From an uncultured Candidatus Woesearchaeota archaeon (GTDB lineage: Archaea; Nanobdellota; Nanobdellia; Woesearchaeales; DSVV01): DNA of 64,000 nt. The notes under the pieces were generated by a model. It was not told the origin of the DNA. It did not search any database and saw nothing but the letters and a program-made list of their open reading frames with translations. Made by a program: the position numbers and the translations under genes. The stretch lies in NCBI GenBank assembly GCA_963717515.1, contig OY970338.1, forward strand, positions 1,236,861 through 1,300,860. The letters run 5' to 3'. Position 1 is the stretch's first letter. The number at the start of each line of letters is the position of its first letter. Shown here piece by piece: positions 9,363 through 17,395 of the stretch.

Positions 9363-10370
9363 TTATTTTTCCCCTGCCAGCCTGCTGCCTTTTTCATCTT
9401 TTTTTACAGGGGCATTTTTGACTTCTGCAGCCGGTTTTTCGATCACAGCTGGTGCGGGCTTTTTTGCCGGCGCTTTTTTGACTGAGGTTATGGCATCTTT
9501 TGCCTTTGCAGCGGTCCTGGGCTTCTTTTCATCCATGCCCTTAGGCTTTGCAGATTTTTCTTTGTCCATGAAAAGCTGCTCTTTTTCCATCCTCTCGATC
9601 GCTTTGTCTGTGAATAATGAAAGCCTTCCCGGCCTGATGCCCTGCGCAAGGGCGCCTGCATTCAGCTTATCAACCTTGACAATGTCTACGCCAGGTATGT
9701 TCTTTGCTGATTTCATGAGGCTGCACTTATCTGATACGATGATGAGAGGGCCTGTCTTCTTCCTGTATTTCCTGCCTCTGAGTGTTCCTTTGCCTGGCCT
9801 AATGCTCTTTACGCTGACCCTGCTGAGCTCCTCGGCAAACCCGAGCTTCTCCAGGGCTGATATGACATCTTTGGTCTTTTCCATGGATTCTATCTTTGAG
9901 TCGATTATGAATGGATAAAGCTCCGGGACTATGTGCCCTCGCTCCTGGACAAGAGGCTTGATGACTGTTGCGCTCAGGGCTGAGCGTATGGCCTTCCTCC
10001 TCTCTTTTGTGTTTAGCTTCCTTGACCATATCTTGTCTGCCTTAGGCGGATGGGCCCTTCTTCCCTTGACAGTTCCTGGTGCGAATGCGCCGACCCAGTT
10101 AAGCCTGGTCCCTCTCCTTGAGAGAATCTTCCTCGGTACCCTTGATATGCCGAAACCGTATGAGCCCCTGTACTTGTGCCTTCTTCTTGAGAGCTCTGCT
10201 GATGCCCTCTTGCCTGCCATTGGGTCTGCGCCGTACGCCTGTCTGGAATTGGAGCGTATGGTCAGGACTGCCCTCTTCACCAGGTCTGCCCTTATCTCTT
10301 CATCGAACTGTGAAGGGAGCTCTCTCTTGCCGATCTCGGTCTTTGTAAGGTTAAGTATTGTCAGTTTCAT
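9363..10370 (-). CDS. rpl4: 50S ribosomal protein L4 (uL4) with about 80-aa K/A/P-rich C-terminal tail
   Basis: L4-like core (GKRASAELSRRRHKYRGSYGFGISRVPRK...RGRKYRKKTGPLII). The tail is KSAKPKGMDEKKPRTAAKAKDAITSVKKAPAKKPAPAV... Confidence 0.8.
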   Translation of the reverse strand: MKLTILNLTKTEIGKRELPSQFDEEIRADLVKRAVLTIRSNSRQAYGADPMAGKRASAELSRRRHKYRGSYGFGISRVPRKILSRRGTRLNWVGAFAPGTVKGRRAHPPKADKIWSRKLNTKERRKAIRSALSATVIKPLVQERGHIVPELYPFIIDSKIESMEKTKDVISALEKLGFAEELSRVSVKSIRPGKGTLRGRKYRKKTGPLIIVSDKCSLMKSAKNIPGVDIVKVDKLNAGALAQGIRPGRLSLFTDKAIERMEKEQLFMDKEKSAKPKGMDEKKPRTAAKAKDAITSVKKAPAKKPAPAVIEKPAAEVKNAPVKKDEKGSRLAGEK

Positions 10371-11359
10371 TTTCTCTGCTTTGATTCAAGGCTGATGTAT
10401 TTTATGACTGGCTTTGATTTCGGAATCTTCGAATTCGGCCTGCTTGCATGAGTAAGCTTGATTATCCTCTTAGCAGGGCCTCCGACAGAGCCCTTGACAA
10501 GTATATAAGGGTTCTTGACAACGCCGTATCTCACGAAGCCGCCTTTAGGATTTATATCCTCTGGCTTATCTGATATCTTGACAAGCCACTTGTTGAGCTC
10601 ATTCCTTGCATGATAGCCCATCTTTCCTGCATGAGCAATCCTGTACATGAAATGGCCCTGACCTTTCCAGCCGCCGAGTGAACCGGGCCCTCTCTTGACT
10701 TTTTCAGATTTATGAGACCTCAGGCCAACGCCGAATCTCTTCACAGGGCCCTGGAATCCCTTGCCTGTCGTTATTGAGTGGATATCCATCTGGGCGCCTT
10801 CGGAAAACACTTCCTCGACCCTTATCTCTTTGCCCAGCCTCTCTTTTGCATAATTGAATTTCTCTTCAATAGTGCCGTTCAGTGCCAATTCGAACAGCTC
10901 AGGCTTTTTCTTGCCGATGCCTGTCTTTGAAGGCATTGTATATACATTAAGGCGGATATCATCACAATCTGAGAGTTTGACAGCATCAAGCTTTGCCTCA
11001 TCTGTCTTCTTGCTGAGCTTTATCTTCCTGCCGAGCTCCTTATCGACCTTGCCGAAGACCTCGTAAGAGACTTTCATACCGTACCCGTCTTTGCTGTAGA
11101 ACCTGACAGATGCCACCTTCAGGGGCGGGCATTCGATGACTGTCACAGGGATTGCGTGGTCTATATTATCTCCTTTTTTAGAAAGGTGGTTCTTTTCAGA
11201 GATTATCATGGTGGTCATGCCTGCCTTGTATCCTGCAAATCCGAGAGGGCCTGGCTTACCTGATTCAGTCCATGACCTGACCCTGGCATACTGTCTTTTG
11301 GCCCGTTTTCTCGGCCAGTACTGCATTGAGCCTTTTCTTGGTGACCTTGTTGATGGCAT
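10367..11359 (-). CDS. rpl3: 50S ribosomal protein L3 (uL3)
   Basis: 330-aa ORF with PRKGSMQYWPRKRAKR...FAGYKAGMTTMI...TGKGFQGPVKRFG. It is the first gene of the archaeal L3-L4-L23-L2 operon. Confidence 0.9.
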   Translation of the reverse strand: MPSTRSPRKGSMQYWPRKRAKRQYARVRSWTESGKPGPLGFAGYKAGMTTMIISEKNHLSKKGDNIDHAIPVTVIECPPLKVASVRFYSKDGYGMKVSYEVFGKVDKELGRKIKLSKKTDEAKLDAVKLSDCDDIRLNVYTMPSKTGIGKKKPELFELALNGTIEEKFNYAKERLGKEIRVEEVFSEGAQMDIHSITTGKGFQGPVKRFGVGLRSHKSEKVKRGPGSLGGWKGQGHFMYRIAHAGKMGYHARNELNKWLVKISDKPEDINPKGGFVRYGVVKNPYILVKGSVGGPAKRIIKLTHASRPNSKIPKSKPVIKYISLESKQRK

Positions 11360-11717
11360 TTTAGTCTCTATTTGACAAAATAATCAATATCCTGTCCTGA
11401 TTTAACTTAAAAAAGCCTATTTGCGGTGTTTTTCACAGAAAGAGTTCTAAAAGACAAACTCTGTGCTGAAAAACTCCTTTTCAGGCTTTGTTTGTTGTGT
11501 TTCCAATGTTTAATTCCTTTTCGGTTGTTTTAAACACTCTTGACTGATTTTTGGTCTGAAATTGCAGGTGTTTATAAATATTATGATTTTGTATACGGAA
11601 TGTCACAATATTTAAAAACAATTCATTAACTCTTGTGGGGTATTGCAGGTTATATATAAATGTGTCAATAATATAGTAACAATAAAATCACAAAATCACA
11701 TATTGTTTAAATGCAAT

Positions 11718-11815
11718 GGACCTGTAGCATAGGCTGGATAATGCGACGGCCTTCTATCCGGGCGTTCTGCCCCGAAGCAAGCCGTAGATCGAGGGTTCGA
11801 ATCCCTCCAGGTCCG
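11718..11815 (+). tRNA. tRNA-Arg(TCT) with a 23-nt intron at the canonical 37/38 position
   Basis: The hand fold is as follows.
- Acceptor: GGACCTG/CAGGTCC.
- D arm: GCAT-AGGCTGGATA-ATGC.
- Anticodon stem: ACGGC/GCCGT, with loop CT-TCT-A, then intron tccgggcgttctgccccgaagca, then A.
- Variable loop: AGATC.
- T arm: GAGGG-TTCGAAT-CCCTC.
- Discriminator: G.

No CCA is encoded. Confidence 0.7.
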
Positions 11816-11891
11816 TCAATCTCACCCAATATCGTTCATTTTATATATCTAATAATATATTGTTCGGGTTGTAAGAAAAGAGGTTGCCTGT

Positions 11892-12002
11892 ATGGAGAGA
11901 AATTTCATGTATTTCGCGATTGCTTCCATAATTGCCGTCCTCATGCTGTTTCTGATATTCCTGGCGATAATCTTCACTATATCGGTATATTCAACCTGGT
12001 AG
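11892..12002 (+). CDS. Possible 36-aa single-pass membrane micro-protein
   Basis: My translation is MERNFMYFAIASIIAVLMLFLIFLAIIFTISVYSTW. A GAGGT Shine-Dalgarno-like motif lies about 8 nt upstream. It is below the ORF-track size cutoff and has no homology support. Confidence 0.25.
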   Translation: MERNFMYFAIASIIAVLMLFLIFLAIIFTISVYSTW

Positions 12003-12077
12003 CCCTGGAAAAGAAATATTTATATAATAATAGGCATAATCCCATTAATTATCCAATTTTAGCCGAAAGGTGGCCGA

Positions 12078-12503
12078 ATGAAAAAGGTAACTATGCTCGT
12101 GTCTATCATCCTGATTGCCGGAGCTATCTTCTTAAGCGCATGCACAAACCTGACCGGAGAAGCCAGCAGGGCAGCAATTAATGCAGTCTGCGGGAACAAT
12201 GTCATGGAGCCTGGCGAGGAATGTGACATAAGTGATTTTGCAGGACTGACATGCCGGGACATGGGATATGTTGGAGGCCCTCTAAGATGCTACAGCGACT
12301 GCTCCTATGATACATCAAGCTGTGTAAGGCAATGCAGGGACAGCACGTGTTCTGCATGCTTCAGGGAAAAATGCGATGGAAAGTGCGATACAAGGTTCGA
12401 AGGAGTTGATTGCACTGACTGCTATTATAAGCTTGCATGTTGTGGAGACGGCAATTGCAATGAAGGCGAGACCCTGCAGAATTGCCCGGCTGACTGCAGC
12501 TGA
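12078..12503 (+). CDS. Secreted or lipid-anchored cysteine-rich repeat protein
   Basis: Signal peptide with a lipobox-like LSAC (MKKVTMLVSIILIAGAIFLSAC). CGNNVMEPGEECD resembles the CGNGxxEpGEeCD cysteine-rich repeat, and a CGDGNCNEGETLQNCPADC module is present. AGGTGG lies upstream of the ATG. Confidence 0.6.
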   Translation: MKKVTMLVSIILIAGAIFLSACTNLTGEASRAAINAVCGNNVMEPGEECDISDFAGLTCRDMGYVGGPLRCYSDCSYDTSSCVRQCRDSTCSACFREKCDGKCDTRFEGVDCTDCYYKLACCGDGNCNEGETLQNCPADCS

Positions 12504-12540
12504 ACAGCCGTTTCTAAAGCAAAATTTATAAACACCTTTA

Positions 12541-13371
12541 TTGATATCAGGCACCATGGTCTTTGAGCAGCTTTTCAGCATTAGATGGATCACAAGGAAG
12601 GAGCATGCATTTCTCCTGGGTCTCTCATACACCCTGATAGGCCTCGTATCAGCAGGCCTGGTCTTCCCCGAAAATGTCGGGCTGACAAGCATCGCTTTCA
12701 CATCCATCCTGCTAATCCCGTCCCTCAATGCCCTTCTCAAGCTTGAGGAGAATGCCGAGGTGAGGGAGAAAAAGCTCTCGCTGAAGCTTCTGTTCAGGGA
12801 CCATAAGGATGTATTCAAGGTCTACCTTTTCCTTTTCCTGGGCATCTTTCTTGCCTACAGCCTGGTGACCCTTATCATCCCTGACTATTCAGTCGGGAGC
12901 CTGTTCTCGGTCCAGCTAAAGGCCGCAGGGATTTCAGGCCTTGCAATATCAGGGGCAGGGCTAGGGACAATAATAATCAACAACCTGCTCGTCCTCTTGG
13001 TGTGCTTTGTGCTTTCGCTTGTTTATGGTGCCGGCTCAATATTCTTCCTTGTCTGGAATGCCTCAGTCTGGGGTGTCGTGTTTGCATATTTTGCCTGCAC
13101 TTCCTATCACGGAAGGACCGGAAACATCTTTGCTGATTTCAGCTTTTCAATCGTGCCTTTTCTCCCTCACATGCTGACAGAAGCCCTTGCATATATCAGT
13201 GCGGCGATAACAGGAGGCATAGTATCAAAAGCAGTCATTAGGGAAAAGCTGTTATCTGCGAGGTTTAAGCATATCATGTCAGACGCTTTGATATTTCTTG
13301 CGATTGCTTTCTTCCTGGTCTTGCTTGCGGGTTTCATAGAAGTGAAATTTTTCCTTGGCTTGCATGCCTAA
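12541..13371 (+). CDS. Polytopic membrane protein (possibly SpoIIM/DUF95-like)
   Basis: 276 aa with about 6 hydrophobic segments. The family assignment is from memory of overall architecture only. Confidence 0.5.
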   Translation: MISGTMVFEQLFSIRWITRKEHAFLLGLSYTLIGLVSAGLVFPENVGLTSIAFTSILLIPSLNALLKLEENAEVREKKLSLKLLFRDHKDVFKVYLFLFLGIFLAYSLVTLIIPDYSVGSLFSVQLKAAGISGLAISGAGLGTIIINNLLVLLVCFVLSLVYGAGSIFFLVWNASVWGVVFAYFACTSYHGRTGNIFADFSFSIVPFLPHMLTEALAYISAAITGGIVSKAVIREKLLSARFKHIMSDALIFLAIAFFLVLLAGFIEVKFFLGLHA

Positions 13372-13700
13372 TGCTTCCTGTCCTCTATCATGAACTTTAT
13401 TATCTTTTGTGAGACCTGGCTTGAGAAATCCCTCATCTGCCTGCATTTCTGGCTTACTGACCCATCAATCCTGAATGGAAAACGCCTGCAGATATCCGGC
13501 CTGTTTTCATAGATTCTGCACATGCCTGACACATAAAACAAGCAGTGCCTGCCCTTCATCCTTAGCATGAGCACGTCATCCTCGGCTCTTGTAAACCCTT
13601 CAAAGCCAGCAATTTCCAGCCGCCGGATATCCTGCTTAGTGAGCACAACATCAAGCTGACAGCAGAATCCACAACCTCTGCAGCTGAAGATATTTTCCAT
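13368..13700 (-). CDS. YkgJ-family cysteine-cluster (zinc/iron-chelating) protein
   Basis: N-terminal CRGCGFCCQ (CxxCxxCC) plus the downstream C...C pattern (CLFYVSGMCRIYENRPDICRRFPF) typical of PF03692-type proteins. Confidence 0.65.
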   Translation of the reverse strand: MENIFSCRGCGFCCQLDVVLTKQDIRRLEIAGFEGFTRAEDDVLMLRMKGRHCLFYVSGMCRIYENRPDICRRFPFRIDGSVSQKCRQMRDFSSQVSQKIIKFMIEDRKH

Positions 13701-13838
13701 GTTTTTTACCTGTATGCGAATATGATTTATAAATATTATATTTTCCTTCTAAAAAACAATCGAAAATCATGATTTTTTCTGAAAAAAAACGATATATTTA
13801 TATACTTGAACATACATATTACAGTAATAGTGGGATAG

Positions 13839-14057
13839 ATGGGATTGGAAGAAGTTGTAAAGAGATCTGAAGTCAGCCTCATGGCTGGATTCGATGTAGG
13901 CAGGTTCCTGAAATCTCTGGAGGAATTGCCTGGCTATGACATCACCTATGAGACCATAAGGAAGAACAGGGTCGGCAGGGTGACGGCGACAGAAGAATGC
14001 ATAATGCCCTCACGCGAAGGGTGCAAGAACAGGTTCTCATCTATTGTGGCCAAGTGA
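13839..14057 (+). CDS. Hypothetical small protein
   Basis: 72-aa ORF preceded by an AT-rich TATA-like region. No recognisable motif. Confidence 0.35.
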   Translation: MGLEEVVKRSEVSLMAGFDVGRFLKSLEELPGYDITYETIRKNRVGRVTATEECIMPSREGCKNRFSSIVAK

Positions 14058-14061
14058 ATAG

Positions 14062-14070
14062 TTTTAAATA
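14062..14070 (+). promoter_or_regulatory. TATA-box-like element upstream of tRNA-Cys
   Basis: TTTTAAATA lies 29-37 nt upstream of the predicted mature 5' end at 14099. This spacing is typical of archaeal promoters. Confidence 0.35.
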
Positions 14071-14098
14071 GTATACCCTTTTTCTTTTCACTGCATTT

Positions 14099-14258
14099 GC
14101 GCGAGTGGCCAAGCGGCTAAGTTATCCTTGGATGTCTTATGAAGATGTCCGGCAGGATATAGCAAGCGAGCGCCTGCAGTAAGCTCTTATGAGGCTCAGA
14201 CATGGGCTGATGACATGCTGAGAGCGCTAGATCGAGGGTTCAAATCCCTCCTCGCGCT
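14099..14258 (+). tRNA. tRNA-Cys(GCA), apparently with two introns (D-arm about 14122-14165 and canonical 37/38 about 14180-14222)
   Basis: The hand fold is as follows.
- Acceptor: GCGCGAG/CTCGCGC.
- T arm: GAGGG-TTCAAAT-CCCTC.
- Variable loop: AGATC.
- Anticodon stem: AGCGC/GCGCT, with loop CT-GCA-G, then a 43-nt intron, then A.
- D arm: GCC-AAGCGGCTAA-GGC, which forms only after removing a 44-nt insert. That insert closes with a TATCC/GGATA helix.
- Discriminator: U73, the known tRNA-Cys identity base.

The spliced length is 72 nt plus the discriminator. Confidence 0.6.
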
Positions 14259-14313
14259 TCTTTCTTTCTTTTGATACAAAACAATTTTAAACCAAATATG
14301 ATTACGCTACACA

Positions 14314-15207
14314 ATGAAATGCCGAAGATGCTCGAAGAATGCAGTGATCTCAGATCCGAACTACTGCAAGGACCATTTCATCGACTATTTCGAAAGGAAG
14401 GTCAGAAAAACAATAAAAGACTATGACCTGATAAGGAAAAAGGACAGGGTCTTTGCAGCAGTGTCAGGCGGCAAGGATTCAATTACCAACCTCTATGTCC
14501 TTTCCAGATACTACAATGTCGAGGCGATCGCTGTCGACGAAGGTATCAAAGGCTACAGGGAGAAAACTCTTGATGACCTGAAAAGATTCTGCAACAAGAA
14601 CAGAATAAAGCTCAACATAGTATCATTCAAGGAAGATTTCGGATTTACCCTTGACTCTGCGCTGAAAAAACTTCACGACAGGCCATGCACTGTCTGCGGA
14701 GCGTTCAGGAGATACCTGATAAACAAGCATGCAAGGATTCTAGGGGCGACAAGGCTTGCGACTGGACATAATCTTGATGACGAGGCGCAGTCAGTGATGA
14801 TAAACCTCTTCCGCAATCAGCAGGAGATATCTGCAAGACTGGGACCGATAACAGGCATTGTCAGGGACAGGCTGTTCATCCCCCGCATAAAGCCTCTCTA
14901 TTTCTGCACAGAGAAAGAGGTGACTGTCTATACCCATCTTATGGACTTCGGCGTGGGATACTACGAGTGCCCGTACACGACAGAGTCATACAGGGCAGCA
15001 GTCCAGGTGCTGCTCAATGATTACGAGGCAAAAAACCCCGGGACAAAAAGAAACATCATAAAGGCATTTTTGAAGATGCTGCCAGAATTGAAAAAAAGGT
15101 ACATGACGGAGGGGAAGCCCAATCGGTGCAAAAACTGCGGCGAGCCTGCAAAGCAGGAGCTCTGCAAGCCATGCCAGATGATCGAGGAGCTCGGTCTTCT
15201 GAAGTGA
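14314..15207 (+). CDS. tRNA 2-thiolation PP-loop ATPase, TtuA/NcsA-type
   Basis: N-terminal zinc finger (CRRCSKNAVISDPNYCKDH), PP-loop AVSGGKDS, the central CTVCGAFRR motif and a C-terminal CKNCGEPAKQELCKPC zinc finger. Confidence 0.75.
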   Translation: MKCRRCSKNAVISDPNYCKDHFIDYFERKVRKTIKDYDLIRKKDRVFAAVSGGKDSITNLYVLSRYYNVEAIAVDEGIKGYREKTLDDLKRFCNKNRIKLNIVSFKEDFGFTLDSALKKLHDRPCTVCGAFRRYLINKHARILGATRLATGHNLDDEAQSVMINLFRNQQEISARLGPITGIVRDRLFIPRIKPLYFCTEKEVTVYTHLMDFGVGYYECPYTTESYRAAVQVLLNDYEAKNPGTKRNIIKAFLKMLPELKKRYMTEGKPNRCKNCGEPAKQELCKPCQMIEELGLLK

Positions 15208-15235
15208 TGTTACGGACAGGAAAACCGTTTATATT

Positions 15236-15907
15236 CTATTCGATGTTCTCCAGCAGTTGCTTCACGATCTTATATGAATTTTTTGCGACAATTTCTTTGA
15301 ATGCATTGAAGTCCTCAACTGCAGTTCCATCTGCTTTGTCAGAGACAGTCCTGACAATCAGATGTGGAATCTTATTAACAGTGCATACCTGGCCGACTGC
15401 CGCACCCTCCATCTCTATGCAGTCGCCGTGTAGCTCATCCCTGAGAAATCTCTTTTCAAGCTTTTCCCTGTGCGTGAAGAACTGGTCGCCTGTAAGGATC
15501 CTGCCTTTGATTATCTTATGTCCTTTGATTTTTGCCTTTGATGCTATTTCAATTAATCTTTTGTCAGCCTTAAATATCCTGTAATCTGTATATGAAATTT
15601 GTCCAAGTTTGAATCCCAAGGCTGTTGCGTCGAAATCATGTTGCATTGAATCCTTGCTGATCACTACATCACCAATATTTAAGTCTGCATTTAATGAACC
15701 CCCAACACCCGTAAAGATTATAAATCCTACATTAAATCTATCAATCAGGACCTGTGTTACCATCGTAGCGAAAACCTTTCCTACACCCGATTTTACAAGA
15801 ATAATATCTTTTTTTCTAAACTTCCCTTGGTAAAAAACGAATTCGTTCCATTGTATCTTCTTCATATCTTTGATATATTCAAGATATATTTCAATTTCTT
15901 CATCCAT
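15236..15907 (-). CDS. mtnN: 5'-methylthioadenosine/S-adenosylhomocysteine nucleosidase (MTAN, Pfs)
   Basis: 223-aa ORF with VKSGVGKVFATMVTQ, IFTGVGGSL, CIEMEGAAVGQVC and VRTVSDKAD, the hallmark MTAN motifs. Confidence 0.8.
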   Translation of the reverse strand: MDEEIEIYLEYIKDMKKIQWNEFVFYQGKFRKKDIILVKSGVGKVFATMVTQVLIDRFNVGFIIFTGVGGSLNADLNIGDVVISKDSMQHDFDATALGFKLGQISYTDYRIFKADKRLIEIASKAKIKGHKIIKGRILTGDQFFTHREKLEKRFLRDELHGDCIEMEGAAVGQVCTVNKIPHLIVRTVSDKADGTAVEDFNAFKEIVAKNSYKIVKQLLENIE

Positions 15908-16019
15908 TGCACCTATTATGGCTATCTTATTCGAAATTTTAACAACCTCATTTATTTGAAATCAATAATTTATTAATATTAATAAATTTTGTTGAAAAAT
16001 ATTTACTGAAGATACTGCT

Positions 16020-16071
16020 AGCCTGCAAATCAGGAACTCTGCAAGCCATGCTAGATGATTGCTGAACTAGG
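16020..16071 (+). repeat. Decayed duplicate of the 3' end of the tRNA-thiolase gene (direct repeat of 15143-15194)
   Basis: By hand alignment, 44 of 52 nt are identical to 15143-15194. In the thiolase frame the copy reads *PANQELCKPC*MIAELG with two stops. The two copies bracket the mtnN gene. Confidence 0.7.
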
Positions 16072-16125
16072 AAAGCGAAGCTCAAAAGCAAACATTATTA
16101 AATATATTCTTGAATATGCCACAAC

Positions 16126-17241
16126 ATGATCAACCTGCTCTATTTTTTCCTGCCCATGATAATCGTCATCGGCATCGTGACTACCTACCAGGACATAAAG
16201 ACAGGCAAGATAAGGAACAAGTGGGTCATGCTAGGGCTTGCATATGCAATTGTCGTGAACTTCCTGATATATTTCGTCGTGAGAATAACAGGGGGGCAGC
16301 TGAGGACAGAATACTATACAGAGCTCGCTGTCACTGTGCTGATATCGCTCGTGGTCGGGTTTGTCATGTGGGTAGTGGGGGTGTGGACAGCAGGTGATGC
16401 GAAGCTCTTCACTGCATTCTCCGCCCTGGTGCCGTTGAGCGTCTACAAGTATGGTCATGTCCAGTATTTCTCATCGATGAACTTCATGATAAACACGTTC
16501 GTGCCTTTCTTCGTGGTCTACCTTTTTTTCCTCCTGTTCAGGACAAGCCTCAAACAGAAGATATTTTATATGAAAAAATCCCTTAAGCCTGACCAACTCG
16601 GCCAGGTGTTTCTGTTCGTATTCTCTTTCATGTGGCCGCTCTTGTATTTCCTTGATTTCATCAAGGTGCCTGAGAACTACTTCTACATGATATTCTTCAT
16701 GTTCCTATTGATGATAGCTTTCGAGAAGCTTTTCCAGAAGAACCTGACCAAGGTACTCCTGGTCTTCGCAGGACTCAGGATAATATTCGACAAGAGCCTC
16801 CTGACACTCGGTCCATGGTTATCCATGACGATAACATTTGCAGGATTCGTGTTCCTGAGATATTTCATCCTCTACATGGGATATGACTACATGACAAAGA
16901 AGGTCGACATAAAGCTGCTCAAGAAAGGCATGGTGCCTGCTGAGATAATATACAAGGAAAAGGGAAAATACAGGAAACAACAGATACTTCACTTCAGCCT
17001 GATATCTTACCTACAGGAATCGACGAAGAAGAGGGAGCATCTCTTCGAGCCAACGACAGACGGCCTGAATGAAGTTGATGTCAAGAACCTGAAGAAGCTC
17101 GGAAAGAAGCTCGGCTTTGAGCACCTCAGGGTCTACCACACCTTGTCTTTCGCACCGTATCTCTTCGCAGGTGTCATACTGACAGTACTTTTCCAGGGGA
17201 ACCTGTTCATATCAATAGCTGCGCACATCTTCCATGGATAA
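16126..17241 (+). CDS. A24-family aspartic peptidase (archaeal prepilin/preflagellin peptidase-like) with C-terminal extension
   Basis: Polytopic membrane protein. The first catalytic Asp context is YQDIKTGKIRNKW and the second is WTAGDAKLFTAF (GxGDxKL-like). Confidence 0.65.
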   Translation: MINLLYFFLPMIIVIGIVTTYQDIKTGKIRNKWVMLGLAYAIVVNFLIYFVVRITGGQLRTEYYTELAVTVLISLVVGFVMWVVGVWTAGDAKLFTAFSALVPLSVYKYGHVQYFSSMNFMINTFVPFFVVYLFFLLFRTSLKQKIFYMKKSLKPDQLGQVFLFVFSFMWPLLYFLDFIKVPENYFYMIFFMFLLMIAFEKLFQKNLTKVLLVFAGLRIIFDKSLLTLGPWLSMTITFAGFVFLRYFILYMGYDYMTKKVDIKLLKKGMVPAEIIYKEKGKYRKQQILHFSLISYLQESTKKREHLFEPTTDGLNEVDVKNLKKLGKKLGFEHLRVYHTLSFAPYLFAGVILTVLFQGNLFISIAAHIFHG

Positions 17242-17395
17242 CAAAAATCTGCTGCTCGGAGGCAAATTTTTGGGGCAGTAAAATAGTCAGGCAATCTTAT
17301 GTCCAGAAAATGCCAGGGCATATTCCTGGATTGAAGATTTTGCTTTGCGTAATTTTCAATAACTTAATATATAACCGGTCATAGATTTTTTCCTG

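Noticed and set aside
6-11375. Many plus-strand ORFs opposite the ribosomal operon. Examples are 6..416, 1274..2056, 1398..1907, 2932..3801, 3231..3812, 4853..5590, 5286..5942, 6850..7554, 7157..7621, 9045..9485 and 9355..9918.
   Set aside because: - They are antisense shadows of strongly supported r-protein genes.
- Their products are S/L/F/C-rich low-complexity strings with no motifs.
- Long open antisense frames are expected opposite K/E-rich (AAR/GAR) coding sequence.
11711-12181. A 156-aa plus-strand ORF starting in the intergenic region.
   Set aside because: It reads straight through the tRNA-Arg gene and the AT-rich spacer, and its product has no motif. The tRNA fold and the downstream lipoprotein gene explain the region better.
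15126-15584. A 152-aa plus-strand ORF overlapping the thiolase 3' end and mtnN.
   Set aside because: It is antisense to a motif-rich MTAN gene, and its product is low complexity.
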